A stretch of 64,000 bases of DNA from a virus. The notes beneath the pieces were generated by a model that saw nothing but the letters and a program-made list of their open reading frames with translations, had not been told where the DNA came from and did not search any database. The number at the start of each line of letters is the position of its first letter. Position 1 is the first letter of the stretch. The stretch is from positions 1 to 64,000 of IMG/VR virus record IMGVR_UViG_3300030098_005498; one strand, given 5' to 3'. A program made the position numbers and the translations under genes. Shown here in pieces: positions 49,312-58,531 of this stretch.

Positions 49312-50247
49312 TTAAAATTGGTCATCGAAACTAGACCAGTCAATTTCTCTGGCGGGAAATCCATCTACATCACTAAAGACCCAAGCACCCCCTCCAGAAA
49401 GCATTCCACGGGCATCTTTTTCTCTAATCCAAAAAGATCCTTCTGGCTGTTCATGAACTTTTGGGCCACTATTCCAAATGCCCCAACTGTTTTGTACCAG
49501 GAACAGAGTTTCATTAAGTCTTTCTTTTGTGTCGTCACAGGCGATCCAAGCCATCGCGTGTGCCCACGAACCTGACTTTTTAGCAATGCCGTTAGAATCT
49601 CTACGAGAACTAAAACCATATCGAGAACATACAGATAAAGCGTATCCATTCGCTAATGCATCTCTAGCCTCTTCTACAGTTCTTACGTTTGAAATTGTTT
49701 TTACTTGATGTTTACTTGCTTCTGTCTTGTATACACTATCGGGGATAAGTTTTTTAGCTCCTAATCTTGAGTTATATACTGTAAGGTCTCCGTGCTCTAC
49801 ATTGTAGTCTTTTCTTAAAAGTATACCACCGTTTTGTGCGACATATCTAGCTGCACCTGAACACGTCATCCCCTGACCCATATGTTCACGAGATTGATAA
49901 ATTGCTTCGGTTGCGGATCGTGTTTCAAATATTTCTCTATCATCTTTGTGTAAAATTTCATAAGCACGAGTTACATCTACCGCATTACGTGTGCTATGTG
50001 ATACGCAGTCCCCATCAGTCTGCCTTTCAGATGGACCAAACCCTGGATCAAATTTTAGTAATGCTTTGAAGGGTAGACTAAGTTTCCCCTCCCCAGATCC
50101 AAATAAATCATATGCAGCAGCACCAAAAATAGGCATGGGCAATTCGCCAAGTAGTGCCTTTACATCTTCTTCATCACAAATTGCACCAACAAAACCATCT
50201 TTGTAGGCTTTCAAAGTTTGTCTAGGTGTTATAAAATTAGAGTCCAT
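49312..50247 (-). CDS. Papain-like (C1 family) cysteine peptidase
   Basis: Q..GDCVSH (catalytic Cys), WAHAM (His), VQNSWG (Asn), G.FW. Confidence 0.85.
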   Translation of the reverse strand: MDSNFITPRQTLKAYKDGFVGAICDEEDVKALLGELPMPIFGAAAYDLFGSGEGKLSLPFKALLKFDPGFGPSERQTDGDCVSHSTRNAVDVTRAYEILHKDDREIFETRSATEAIYQSREHMGQGMTCSGAARYVAQNGGILLRKDYNVEHGDLTVYNSRLGAKKLIPDSVYKTEASKHQVKTISNVRTVEEARDALANGYALSVCSRYGFSSRRDSNGIAKKSGSWAHAMAWIACDDTKERLNETLFLVQNSWGIWNSGPKVHEQPEGSFWIREKDARGMLSGGGAWVFSDVDGFPAREIDWSSFDDQF

Positions 50248-51289
50248 TTAGTAACTCCTGTGCTGAATTTTTCCACGTAAATTGGTTGGCTGTATGCATA
50301 CCCATAAAATTTTCTACATTACCCCATTTTTGTTTAGTTTTATGTACAGATCTAAGATGTTCAATCAGTTGATCTTTTGCTCTCTGATTAAAGCTCGCCC
50401 ATTGTCCATACTCGCCAGAAAAGAAAACACCATCATGGGCATTTTCTAATTCATCAATGTTGATCAAATAGCAATTTTCCTTATTGCAAAACTGGGTGTG
50501 TGCTGAGTAATTTGTGGCTATAACGGACTTGCCGCAGGCCATCATTTCTAATAGCTCTAAATTCCATCCTTCGGCTCTTGCTGGAAAAACACCACAATCC
50601 GTTTGCTTCATTATATTATACACATCTTTATGTGTTTGTTGTCTTGGAATTATTCTTATCTTGCTACCCAGGGGGGAGTTCTTGTACAAATCTTGCCAAC
50701 CTTGATTGTTGGGTCCAATGAAAGGATTATCACACATCATCCATAATTCTACATTATCAGTTTGTTTAAAAGCTTCGTTAAAACATTCTAATAAAACATC
50801 ATGCCCCTTACGCTTTTCCCATTTTCCACAATTAAAAAAAATGGTTTCTTTGCGACTAGACTTTTGAGGTCGGAACGTTTCAAGATCCACTCCGAGTGGT
50901 ACGACATGGACAGGCGGACAGGTCCATCCCTTTTGATTGTATAAAACATCTTTAGCCCATTCTGAGCAGACAAATATTTTATCACAATGCATAATGCTTA
51001 TTGCTTCTTCATGAGAAAATTCTGTTAATTCAAAAATGGGAAACCCTATATGGAGACCCTTTCCTACATGTGTATGTAATTCATTCTGATGCCAAATCTT
51101 TACAGAGGGATTGTCAGACAAATCTGTAAATCTATTGGTCATCCCGGCACGAATATATTTATCAACAAACTCTGGTTTAGAAATAGGATATAGGGAAGTG
51201 GATGGATGAAGTTTGTATAACTCTTTATAAATATTGTACCCAGCTACCCCATATCCTAAATTGTTAATTGGTGTAATTAACTTTAACAT
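50237..51289 (-). CDS. Glycosyltransferase family 4
   Basis: LGYG, PLGVD, GKWEKRKG, PARAEGWNLELLEMMACG. Confidence 0.88.
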   Translation of the reverse strand: MLKLITPINNLGYGVAGYNIYKELYKLHPSTSLYPISKPEFVDKYIRAGMTNRFTDLSDNPSVKIWHQNELHTHVGKGLHIGFPIFELTEFSHEEAISIMHCDKIFVCSEWAKDVLYNQKGWTCPPVHVVPLGVDLETFRPQKSSRKETIFFNCGKWEKRKGHDVLLECFNEAFKQTDNVELWMMCDNPFIGPNNQGWQDLYKNSPLGSKIRIIPRQQTHKDVYNIMKQTDCGVFPARAEGWNLELLEMMACGKSVIATNYSAHTQFCNKENCYLINIDELENAHDGVFFSGEYGQWASFNQRAKDQLIEHLRSVHKTKQKWGNVENFMGMHTANQFTWKNSAQELLNGL

Positions 51290-51290
51290 T

Positions 51291-52070
51291 TTATTTCAAT
51301 TCCCTGTATGCTGATTTCCAATGATTTAGTGGCTTTGTTTGTCCTAATGCTTGACTAGATAAAAAGAAAATATCTCCCTCAGAATATATAGATGCTGTAT
51401 AAGAAAGACCGCTTTTACTTCCAAGAAAAACTTTGGCTGTCACAAATTCATGAAATGTGGTTGTTAATGAATATTTTTGGTTGTAAGCCATTGGTTCTGA
51501 AAGTTTAAATGTGGTTTTTTCTATAAACTCCTGGGGCCAGTTACGTAATATACTTTCAAATTCCTGTATTTGACCTTCGGAATGAATTGCTACATTATAA
51601 TGATCTGGGTATTTTTTTATTAATGCAGGAATGGCAGTGTTGTACCATTCATTTGATATATATCTTCTTTCTCGGTCTTTGACGTGCCAATCAGACATGC
51701 CTGTCTTCAAGTCTCCTCGACGTATGTGGATTACTATTTCTTCTTTGACTGGTTCGGGTTTGGATGTAGACCAATAAAGTTCTCTTATATGCGAAAGAAC
51801 TTCATTAGTGTAATATGCATTTGGACTCCAAAAAACTCTACGACAATCCTTACGAGATAAATGTATATTCTTACCTTCTCTATTGTCGGCAATTCCAATG
51901 AATTTATTTAACTCTTCTGCCTTATTTTCCCATCCATGTGCTACATGTGTGAAAGGCGTATGAACGTAGTTATATTTTGAACTGTTAAAACAAAAGGCAA
52001 TACCGGATAGCTTGGCATTTAACTGACATCCAAATCCGTCAACCTTTCCTTTTACTGTTAGATTTTGCAT
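51291..52070 (-). CDS. Fucosyltransferase-like (GT11/NodZ-like) protein, paralog 1
   Basis: DGFGCQ, IHIRRGD, SKSGLSY. Confidence 0.7.
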   Translation of the reverse strand: MQNLTVKGKVDGFGCQLNAKLSGIAFCFNSSKYNYVHTPFTHVAHGWENKAEELNKFIGIADNREGKNIHLSRKDCRRVFWSPNAYYTNEVLSHIRELYWSTSKPEPVKEEIVIHIRRGDLKTGMSDWHVKDRERRYISNEWYNTAIPALIKKYPDHYNVAIHSEGQIQEFESILRNWPQEFIEKTTFKLSEPMAYNQKYSLTTTFHEFVTAKVFLGSKSGLSYTASIYSEGDIFFLSSQALGQTKPLNHWKSAYRELK

Positions 52071-52117
52071 TTTTATCTCGTTTTATAGTATGGAAATCTA
52101 TGTGTATGATATGTATT

Positions 52118-52903
52118 TCATTTTAAGAATTTCCACCTCGATAAGGGGACTTCTATTTGTTTGTCGGTTTTTCCATGATTTATGTAATATACCTTATTAG
52201 GGTTGAGTATACCGGCAACATGGGACAGGCTACTCTTGCCTATAAATAAAACCTTAGCTGCTACCATTTCATGAAAAGTGTATTGTAACTCTTTTACATG
52301 ATCCTCTCTTATTATATGGTTTTTTATCCTAAAATGCAATAGATTGAACCGATTACAATCTAAATTTTTATCAAAGAAGTCGATGATAGATTCATTATCG
52401 TTAGTGTGTATAATTATCTTTTCATTATTGTATAACGAGATAATCTTTTTTATATAACTTAAATACCATTCATTAGTAAGGTGTCGCTTCCTTCCACTTT
52501 CACCATAACCTCTGGAGGCGACATCGCCTCTTCTTATATGCACAACTATAGAGCCATCTTGTACGGCTGGTTTATCTGAACTAAAATATCTTCGTCTTAT
52601 TTCCGCTACAACTTCGTTAGAAAAAATTTTATCTGGAATTTCAAAAGCTTTATACATTTTATCAAAAACAACAATTTTTTTTCTTTCCACTTTTTGATTA
52701 GGAAAGTTAGACCATCCAACAAAATCATTCATCTGTTGCAGGTCATCATGTCTAAAACCGTGCTGGCGATGATTAATTCTGTTCATTTCTGTATAAATAT
52801 ATTGGTATTCAGGAAACAAATGACAGAATCCATAACCATACATTTTTTTTAGATACTGAGAACCAAATCCATCTCTGCAAACAACACTTAAATATTTGGT
52901 CAA
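52118..52903 (-). CDS. Fucosyltransferase-like protein, paralog 2
   Basis: DGFGSQ, VHIRRGD, KSSLS; likely TTG start after AAGGA. Confidence 0.7.
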   Translation of the reverse strand: MTKYLSVVCRDGFGSQYLKKMYGYGFCHLFPEYQYIYTEMNRINHRQHGFRHDDLQQMNDFVGWSNFPNQKVERKKIVVFDKMYKAFEIPDKIFSNEVVAEIRRRYFSSDKPAVQDGSIVVHIRRGDVASRGYGESGRKRHLTNEWYLSYIKKIISLYNNEKIIIHTNDNESIIDFFDKNLDCNRFNLLHFRIKNHIIREDHVKELQYTFHEMVAAKVLFIGKSSLSHVAGILNPNKVYYINHGKTDKQIEVPLSRWKFLK

Positions 52904-52905
52904 GT

Positions 52906-53703
52906 TTATTTCCTTACAAAAGATACCTCTGGTACTGAGTGTGCATTTTTCCAATGATTTAGACCTCTGTTTTGACCCTTCGCCCTAGCGGCAACAAAGT
53001 ACACATCGCCTTCGCAAAGTATTGAAGAGGTATATGATAACCCACTCTTACTGCCTAAAAAAACTTTAGCTGTTACCATTTCATGAAAGGCTGTTGTAAG
53101 AGAGTATTTTTGTTCTCTTACATCATCTTCGGCAAGTTTAAAGTTAGTTCTTTGTATCAAATCTTCAGGCCACCCGTCCAATATAGAACTAAACTCTTCA
53201 AAATCTCCTTCGGAATGAATTGCTATTTGATAATGATCTGGATACAATGCTGCCAAGCTTGGTATTTTTTTATTATACCAAGGGTTGTACATATGCCTTC
53301 TTCTTCTGTCTCCAGATCTTGAAAGGCTAACATCGCCCCTTCTGATATGTACAACAATTTCTTCTTTTACATTGGGTGGCTTTGGTGTAGACCAGTACAT
53401 TCTTCTTAAATGATTTAATGTTTTCTCATTATAAAAATCATTAGGGTTACCAAATACTTGATTCATATACCTATACACGCAGTGTATTTTTTTACCACGT
53501 CTATTATCAGGTATACCCATGAAGTCATTTAAGATATCTACAGCGTCCTGGTCTCTCCATCCATGCGAAACGGTTGTAAAGGGTGTATGTACGTACCTAT
53601 ATTTAGGATGATTGAAACAGAATGCTATGCCGGAAAACTTAGCGTTTAATTGACATCCAAATCCATCCTTTTTTCCTCTAATTGTTAGATTCTTGTATCC
53701 CAT
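52906..53703 (-). CDS. Fucosyltransferase-like protein, paralog 3
   Basis: DGFGCQ, VHIRRGD, SKSGLSY; start at MGYKNL after AGGAAG. Confidence 0.7.
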   Translation of the reverse strand: MGYKNLTIRGKKDGFGCQLNAKFSGIAFCFNHPKYRYVHTPFTTVSHGWRDQDAVDILNDFMGIPDNRRGKKIHCVYRYMNQVFGNPNDFYNEKTLNHLRRMYWSTPKPPNVKEEIVVHIRRGDVSLSRSGDRRRRHMYNPWYNKKIPSLAALYPDHYQIAIHSEGDFEEFSSILDGWPEDLIQRTNFKLAEDDVREQKYSLTTAFHEMVTAKVFLGSKSGLSYTSSILCEGDVYFVAARAKGQNRGLNHWKNAHSVPEVSFVRK

Positions 53704-53710
53704 TATCTTC

Positions 53711-54922
53711 CTACCAATTTTTACATGACCAATATCGTGCCTTCCATCTAGGTCCAGGGTTTGTATCGCATTTATGTCTTGCACGAAAGCTCTTGCGTCT
53801 TGCAGGATCGTCTCGCTTGATCTCCATGTTGGGATCGCCAAAATTAACCTTAACGACATTGCCTTTTTCGTTTTTTACATAAACGCTAAACTTCTTGGGG
53901 CCATCTGGAGTTCTAAATGGTTTACCCAGCTTGACTGTGCGACCTTTATATTTTGCTGCTTTGCCTTTATACACCAATGACTGTCCATCTTTTTTATAAT
54001 TTCCAATTCTATCATAAGTATAAATTTCGCCCGTCTTGGGATTCTCATACAAAAAGGCAGAAAATGCAACCATTGCTTTAGATTTTTTTGGATGTCCTTT
54101 TGGTAAAAGATCATTATCTTGTTTATAATTAGGGTTACTGGGTTTGCCCGTTCTTAGAAGGTGAATAAAAGCTCTAACTCTAGCCATAGCCCATCCGTCG
54201 CGGGACATTTTAGGAGCATGACTAGTAGAAAAAGCACCAGCACCACGCCGATAAACTGCTTTTAACATTCCAAGCGTTGCTTTAGAGCCCTTGCCTTTAG
54301 CGTTATGCTCTCTTACTATTTTAGAAAGTCTAGCGGTAGTCTCTTTGCTAAAAGTTATTTTCCCTCTAGGATTTTTTGCACTTCCTGGTTTGTTTTTCTT
54401 AGATCCTTTTTTTTGGTCTTTCTTGGGAGCTGGGGTTTTTCTGGGGTCGTTGGGTCCAGGCTTACCTCTCTGTAGTGCTTCTGTAGATTCTTCGTTAGTG
54501 CCACATATTTTCTTTTCTTGGGCACGTTTTAATTGCTCTTGCGTGGGACGGTCTGGGTCTCCAGGTTTTGCTGGTCGGTAATTTTTGCCTTCGCGTTCTT
54601 TTTTCTTGCGTATATTTTCCCATAAGCCAGGTTTAGCTACGGCGATGTCCCAGTCTTCCTCCTGCTCGCCAAAATCTACATATTCCGCCTCCGTTGGAAT
54701 ATAAAAGTTGTCCTCATTCAGATCTTCTGTGTAGCCCAATTCTTCCACATTATACTTCAAATCTATTGCAGCCATAGCATTCATGTCTTCTGTAGCCCTA
54801 GTCATACATACAGCTAGACGTTGATCCCTGTTGGGAAATTCTTTTGATGCTTTATCATCCGACATACAACGTGAAATAAAATTTTCTCTGGTTTCTTTTT
54901 CCCCTCGTTGTGGAAGTGGCAT
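53711..54922 (-). CDS. Multi-module, highly basic phage protein
   Basis: String of small modules: FISRCM..QRLAVC; PGLWENI; KAVYRRGAGAF..WAMARV; FGDPNM...RKSFRARHKC...ARYWSC. Confidence 0.65.
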   Translation of the reverse strand: MPLPQRGEKETRENFISRCMSDDKASKEFPNRDQRLAVCMTRATEDMNAMAAIDLKYNVEELGYTEDLNEDNFYIPTEAEYVDFGEQEEDWDIAVAKPGLWENIRKKKEREGKNYRPAKPGDPDRPTQEQLKRAQEKKICGTNEESTEALQRGKPGPNDPRKTPAPKKDQKKGSKKNKPGSAKNPRGKITFSKETTARLSKIVREHNAKGKGSKATLGMLKAVYRRGAGAFSTSHAPKMSRDGWAMARVRAFIHLLRTGKPSNPNYKQDNDLLPKGHPKKSKAMVAFSAFLYENPKTGEIYTYDRIGNYKKDGQSLVYKGKAAKYKGRTVKLGKPFRTPDGPKKFSVYVKNEKGNVVKVNFGDPNMEIKRDDPARRKSFRARHKCDTNPGPRWKARYWSCKNW

Positions 54923-54924
54923 GT

Positions 54925-55605
54925 CTATTCTCCTCGTGTGAATAATTCTGGAAACATTTTGAATTTTAAGTCTTCCCAAATGACACTAGATATTGTCATG
55001 GCAGCATCATTATCACTGGGGTAGTGAACTCCCTGTAAACATCTTGCATATCCAGCAATACCCGGTTGAGAAAAGAACTCATTGCTGAACTCTGGATATT
55101 GTGCTGAGAATAAATGTGCAGCCATCGCTGTGTAGCATGTATGACCACTGGGATACGCTGGTGTATGATGTGTAGATGTTTCAATTACATTAACTTTTAG
55201 GCCAAAATAAGGAGCTAATTGTTCCGGTCTTGACCTGTTAAAAAGATATTTTAGTCTCATCACCACTGGACGAGAAACCCTCCAAAGCTTTTTAAAGCCC
55301 TCTTTGTCTACTTTTAAATTGTTGTTTCTTATGGTTTTATCAAATAAGTCTAAAGGCTCCTTGTCAACCAATTCAACCAGTGCCTTCTGAGCAACCGAAA
55401 TATTCTCGGTTAACTCGCTCAAATATAACAATTCACTGTGAGTTATTTTGCTAGAGTTAACAGGAGGTTTGGGTAGAGAATTTTTCCAATCAACTGTAAA
55501 ATCTTCGCTAACATTGTATTTTTTTATTTCTTTTGAAACATCTTCAGTGTATACTTCTGAGTCAATGCTTTTTTTTAGTTCTTCAAATACCTCTTGTGAT
55601 TTCAT
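54925..55605 (-). CDS. PAP2 / vanadium-haloperoxidase-family phosphatase
   Basis: K..FNR.RP, YPSGH, R...GVHYPSD. Confidence 0.85.
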   Translation of the reverse strand: MKSQEVFEELKKSIDSEVYTEDVSKEIKKYNVSEDFTVDWKNSLPKPPVNSSKITHSELLYLSELTENISVAQKALVELVDKEPLDLFDKTIRNNNLKVDKEGFKKLWRVSRPVVMRLKYLFNRSRPEQLAPYFGLKVNVIETSTHHTPAYPSGHTCYTAMAAHLFSAQYPEFSNEFFSQPGIAGYARCLQGVHYPSDNDAAMTISSVIWEDLKFKMFPELFTRGE

Positions 55606-55637
55606 TGTCGTTCCCCTTTCGACAATATGTACACATT

Positions 55638-56006
55638 TTACATCTTAGCCAAACAATCTTTCAGTAAATCTTCTACATTTGTATGTCGTTTTTCAGAAAA
55701 CAAACTGCTTGCGATTTCTCTGCCTTTCTTTTTTGCAATTCCCAATGATTTCAGTGCTGAAATTGTTTCTTCTATAATCGGGTTCGTCTCTTTGGTCTCT
55801 TTGGTCTCTTTGGTCTCTTTGGTTTTTTTCTTAGGGCGATCTTTGTAGACTATTTTTTCTTTTTCCACTTCTACGTCTACATAGATTATTCGAGAGGAAC
55901 GCTCCAAACTTTGAATTACGTCACCAATAGACTCTATGATTCTCATCAAACAAAGAATAATGAACGGGGATACTAAAAGCAAAATCAGCAATTGTGTTTG
56001 GTTCAT
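55638..56006 (-). CDS. TM-anchored protein with RuvA C-terminal-like domain
   Basis: N-terminal TM; EETISALKSLG...VEDLLKDCL. Confidence 0.55.
   Translation of the reverse strand: MNQTQLLILLLVSPFIILCLMRIIESIGDVIQSLERSSRIIYVDVEVEKEKIVYKDRPKKKTKETKETKETKETNPIIEETISALKSLGIAKKKGREIASSLFSEKRHTNVEDLLKDCLAKM
55786..55821. repeat. Four perfect tandem copies of 9-mer GTCTCTTTG (encodes KET x4)
   Basis: Directly visible. Confidence 0.9.
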
Positions 56007-56434
56007 TCTCTATCTCTCCAAGTTTTATTCCTAGTATCAAACACCCAACAGTGAATGTCGCAATATTCTACTCTGTCTCTGTACTTAGTCCAGTTGTCTG
56101 TTTTAGCAAGTAAAATGACTAATGGTTTACTATCTGTTTTTTTGGAATAATAAATGGATTGGCCTACCCCCTCAGCCCATTTGCTTTCCCAGTCTATTTC
56201 ACAAGCCCAACCATCAAATAATAGATCAACTCTGGTTCCATCATGAAGGCGATACTCTTTCTCACCTTCTGTAAATTCATGTATATAGTCTTGCCAATAT
56301 CTCTCTGTGCCATACGCAGAACCTGAAATTTTTTCTGATGCTGCTTGAGGGGGAACAGTGGACCAAATACTAATAAAAATTACTAACCCAAATACGAGCA
56401 AGAAAAAAACTTGCCCCAGTGTCGATCTTGTCAT
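56003..56434 (-). CDS. TM-anchored PD-(D/E)xK-like domain protein
   Basis: N-terminal TM; E..L.DGTRVD......EIDW..KWAEG.GQ...Y. Confidence 0.55.
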   Translation of the reverse strand: MTRSTLGQVFFLLVFGLVIFISIWSTVPPQAASEKISGSAYGTERYWQDYIHEFTEGEKEYRLHDGTRVDLLFDGWACEIDWESKWAEGVGQSIYYSKKTDSKPLVILLAKTDNWTKYRDRVEYCDIHCWVFDTRNKTWRDRE

Positions 56435-56438
56435 CTTA

Positions 56439-56660
56439 TTATACCTTGCTATTTCTAATAGTCAATCCTTTATTTTGAATCTTTCTGATTTCTTCTTTCA
56501 TTTCCCACGTTTCTTTTTCAGCTTTCCTGTCTTTAATATTATCGGCAAGTCTCCTTTCTGCCTTTATCTTATTTGCTCGTTTTCTTTCTAATTCTTTTTT
56601 AGCTTTTTTCTTTCCTTTTGCTAAAGCCTTGTCTTGTTTTTTTCTATTTGGTTTTTTCAT
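56439..56660 (-). CDS. Small Lys/Arg-rich protein
   Basis: GAGGA RBS before ATG 56660. Confidence 0.55.
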   Translation of the reverse strand: MKKPNRKKQDKALAKGKKKAKKELERKRANKIKAERRLADNIKDRKAEKETWEMKEEIRKIQNKGLTIRNSKV

Positions 56661-56670
56661 AATTTTTTCC

Positions 56671-56769
56671 TCAGTGATTAAGGATATCTTTGAAGCTAAA
56701 TACAAACAATAAACGAATTATGATAGATATAAGAATTAGTAATATTACTTTTTTAGGGAAATTACGCAT
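56671..56769 (-). CDS. Possible 32-aa single-TM peptide
   Basis: MRNFPKKVILLILISIIIRLLFVFSFKDILNH fills the intergenic gap; no clear RBS. Confidence 0.3.
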   Translation of the reverse strand: MRNFPKKVILLILISIIIRLLFVFSFKDILNH

Positions 56770-56795
56770 TTTAAAAGATCAAATATCCAATCGGA

Positions 56796-57191
56796 TTAGT
56801 ATGAATTAGACAATTTAAATTTTCTAAACGGCTCTTCTTTTGTTGGGATATGGCAAAGTTCGCCGTTCAAAATTTTTTCAGACGGGTTTCTTGTTTCTAA
56901 CCATTGTACATACATGCTATCAACTTTACCTAAAATATATTGTGTTCCAGAGTTGGTAATAATAGCACCAGTCTCATTGTCTACATCAATTATCTTAGAA
57001 GTAATAACCTTGGTGTAATCTTCATGATCTGGGTGTCCTATTATATCACCACATAGTTTAATGATTCTAGAGTCGTCATTCCAGAAATGTGGATCTTCCC
57101 ACACTTTGTAATAAACAGGGTAGTGAACACTATTGAAGTCACCAGAATTTATATTTTTAACAACAGACCAACAATCAATCTCAACTGCCAT
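56796..57191 (-). CDS. Hypothetical phage protein
   Basis: G...GHP...D...V.TS.I......T.SG..Y.LG pattern common in phage proteins. Confidence 0.6.
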   Translation of the reverse strand: MAVEIDCWSVVKNINSGDFNSVHYPVYYKVWEDPHFWNDDSRIIKLCGDIIGHPDHEDYTKVITSKIIDVDNETGAIITNSGTQYILGKVDSMYVQWLETRNPSEKILNGELCHIPTKEEPFRKFKLSNSY

Positions 57192-57230
57192 TTAAAACCT
57201 TACTAGTCGAACTCGACTAAATTATTGTCT

Positions 57231-57707
57231 TCAGTAATTACAACGTGAAAAAACTGCACACCAGTAAATTCTTCCAGATTTCGATTTGGCAGCACCAAAT
57301 CCAACAGCGTTATATCCGCCTAAAATGTTGGACCTATGACCGCCGGAGTTCATCCAAGATCTAGTAACCTCACCATAGCCAGATTGACCATAGGCAATAT
57401 TTTCTCCAATTCCGCCAAAACCAGACCCAACTCGTCTAGATGGGCTTGATCCATTTCTTCCTGTATGACTAAGCCTGTTACTGCTAGCCATCCAATCTGC
57501 ATGTTTTTGTGCGGCATCTGTAAGTCTTTTATCTAATACTAAGGCACGACGACCATTTCGAGAACGTTCGCGATTATGAGTAAGCAAAAGATTATCATTT
57601 AATTTCTTTACTAATCTAACTCTTTTTTGTTGTGAAGTTTCGGTCTCCTGCGTCCACGCATTGGAAACCAAGCAACAACAAACAAGCAAACTTAAAACAC
57701 TTCTCAT
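57231..57707 (-). CDS. Secreted CAP/SCP domain protein
   Basis: Signal peptide; HNRER, AAQKHADWMA, SH, GENIA, WMNS.GHR.NIL, YWC..F. Confidence 0.9.
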   Translation of the reverse strand: MRSVLSLLVCCCLVSNAWTQETETSQQKRVRLVKKLNDNLLLTHNRERSRNGRRALVLDKRLTDAAQKHADWMASSNRLSHTGRNGSSPSRRVGSGFGGIGENIAYGQSGYGEVTRSWMNSGGHRSNILGGYNAVGFGAAKSKSGRIYWCAVFSRCNY

Positions 57708-57731
57708 AACAAACCTCCATGTTTAAAAAAA

Positions 57732-57835
57732 GATGTCTTGAAAACGCCTAGCCGCCGCCAGATACACGAATTTACAGAAGGTGAGAAAGAAGCATCGCCC
57801 CAGCGGGCATTCTTTGCCGCTATTTTCAAGACATC
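57732..57835. ncRNA. Candidate structured ncRNA (about 104 nt) closed by a perfect 13-bp stem
   Basis: GATGTCTTGAAAA...TTTTCAAGACATC with GC-rich interior; T7 tract follows on the minus strand. Confidence 0.45.
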
Positions 57836-57880
57836 GGTTAAATAAAAAGTAATAACAAAACACAACCACAAAATTAACCA

Positions 57881-58510
57881 TTATTTTTTCTTATGAATAC
57901 CAAATCCATTTCTGTCATGTGAATCAATAATACAGTCCCACTCTGGATCGTCTAGCAATTCTCGGTGTGCCATTCTTGTTTTTAACTCTAGCGTGTCGTC
58001 AAGAATTATAATTTTTGATTTAGGTTTAAGCAATTTAAATTCTGCAAAAGTGCTAAATTCACCACCATCCAACAGTAGTACATCTATTTCCATGTTTTCT
58101 AAAAGGTGTGCTTCATTGTTACAGCTTTTAAAAGCCTTTACGTCGTCATCAAAGAATCTTTTAGAGAGGGATTTATGTACATGGTTTTCGTAATTCGCTT
58201 TTACATGTGGAGTTTCTAGGGTCCACATGTCTTCTATTTCAATAATCCTTCCATGCACTAAGTTAAACTGATTATTAGGCTTATCCCCCCAAAAATTCAA
58301 AGCCTGATCATAAAAATTTTTGTTTGCTTCAAAAGATATAAATTTCCAGTTATCGGCTCGGGTGGATAGTCCATCCCAAAAGCACAGCGTAGAACCTTGA
58401 CCATTCCAAGTTCCTATTTCTACATAATTTAGGTATCGCTCATCTAAAGCTAATTCATGAATTATGTCGCCTAAAACGCTACCTAAATTTATTTGTCCTG
58501 GCATCAGCAA
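57881..58510 (-). CDS. Class I SAM methyltransferase-like protein
   Basis: VEIGTWNGQGST, LLDGGEF, LDDT. Confidence 0.7.
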   Translation of the reverse strand: MLMPGQINLGSVLGDIIHELALDERYLNYVEIGTWNGQGSTLCFWDGLSTRADNWKFISFEANKNFYDQALNFWGDKPNNQFNLVHGRIIEIEDMWTLETPHVKANYENHVHKSLSKRFFDDDVKAFKSCNNEAHLLENMEIDVLLLDGGEFSTFAEFKLLKPKSKIIILDDTLELKTRMAHRELLDDPEWDCIIDSHDRNGFGIHKKK

Positions 58511-58531
58511 TATACCTTTTAATTTTTTGGT

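Noticed and set aside
53704-53859. 52-aa N-terminal extension of the third fucosyltransferase-like ORF
   Set aside because: Overlaps the conserved C-terminus of the upstream gene; paralog alignment and RBS support the start at 53703.
57204-57219. Palindrome TAGTCGA-ac-TCGACTA as an operator
   Set aside because: Single short occurrence with no second copy noticed; may be a simple mRNA hairpin.
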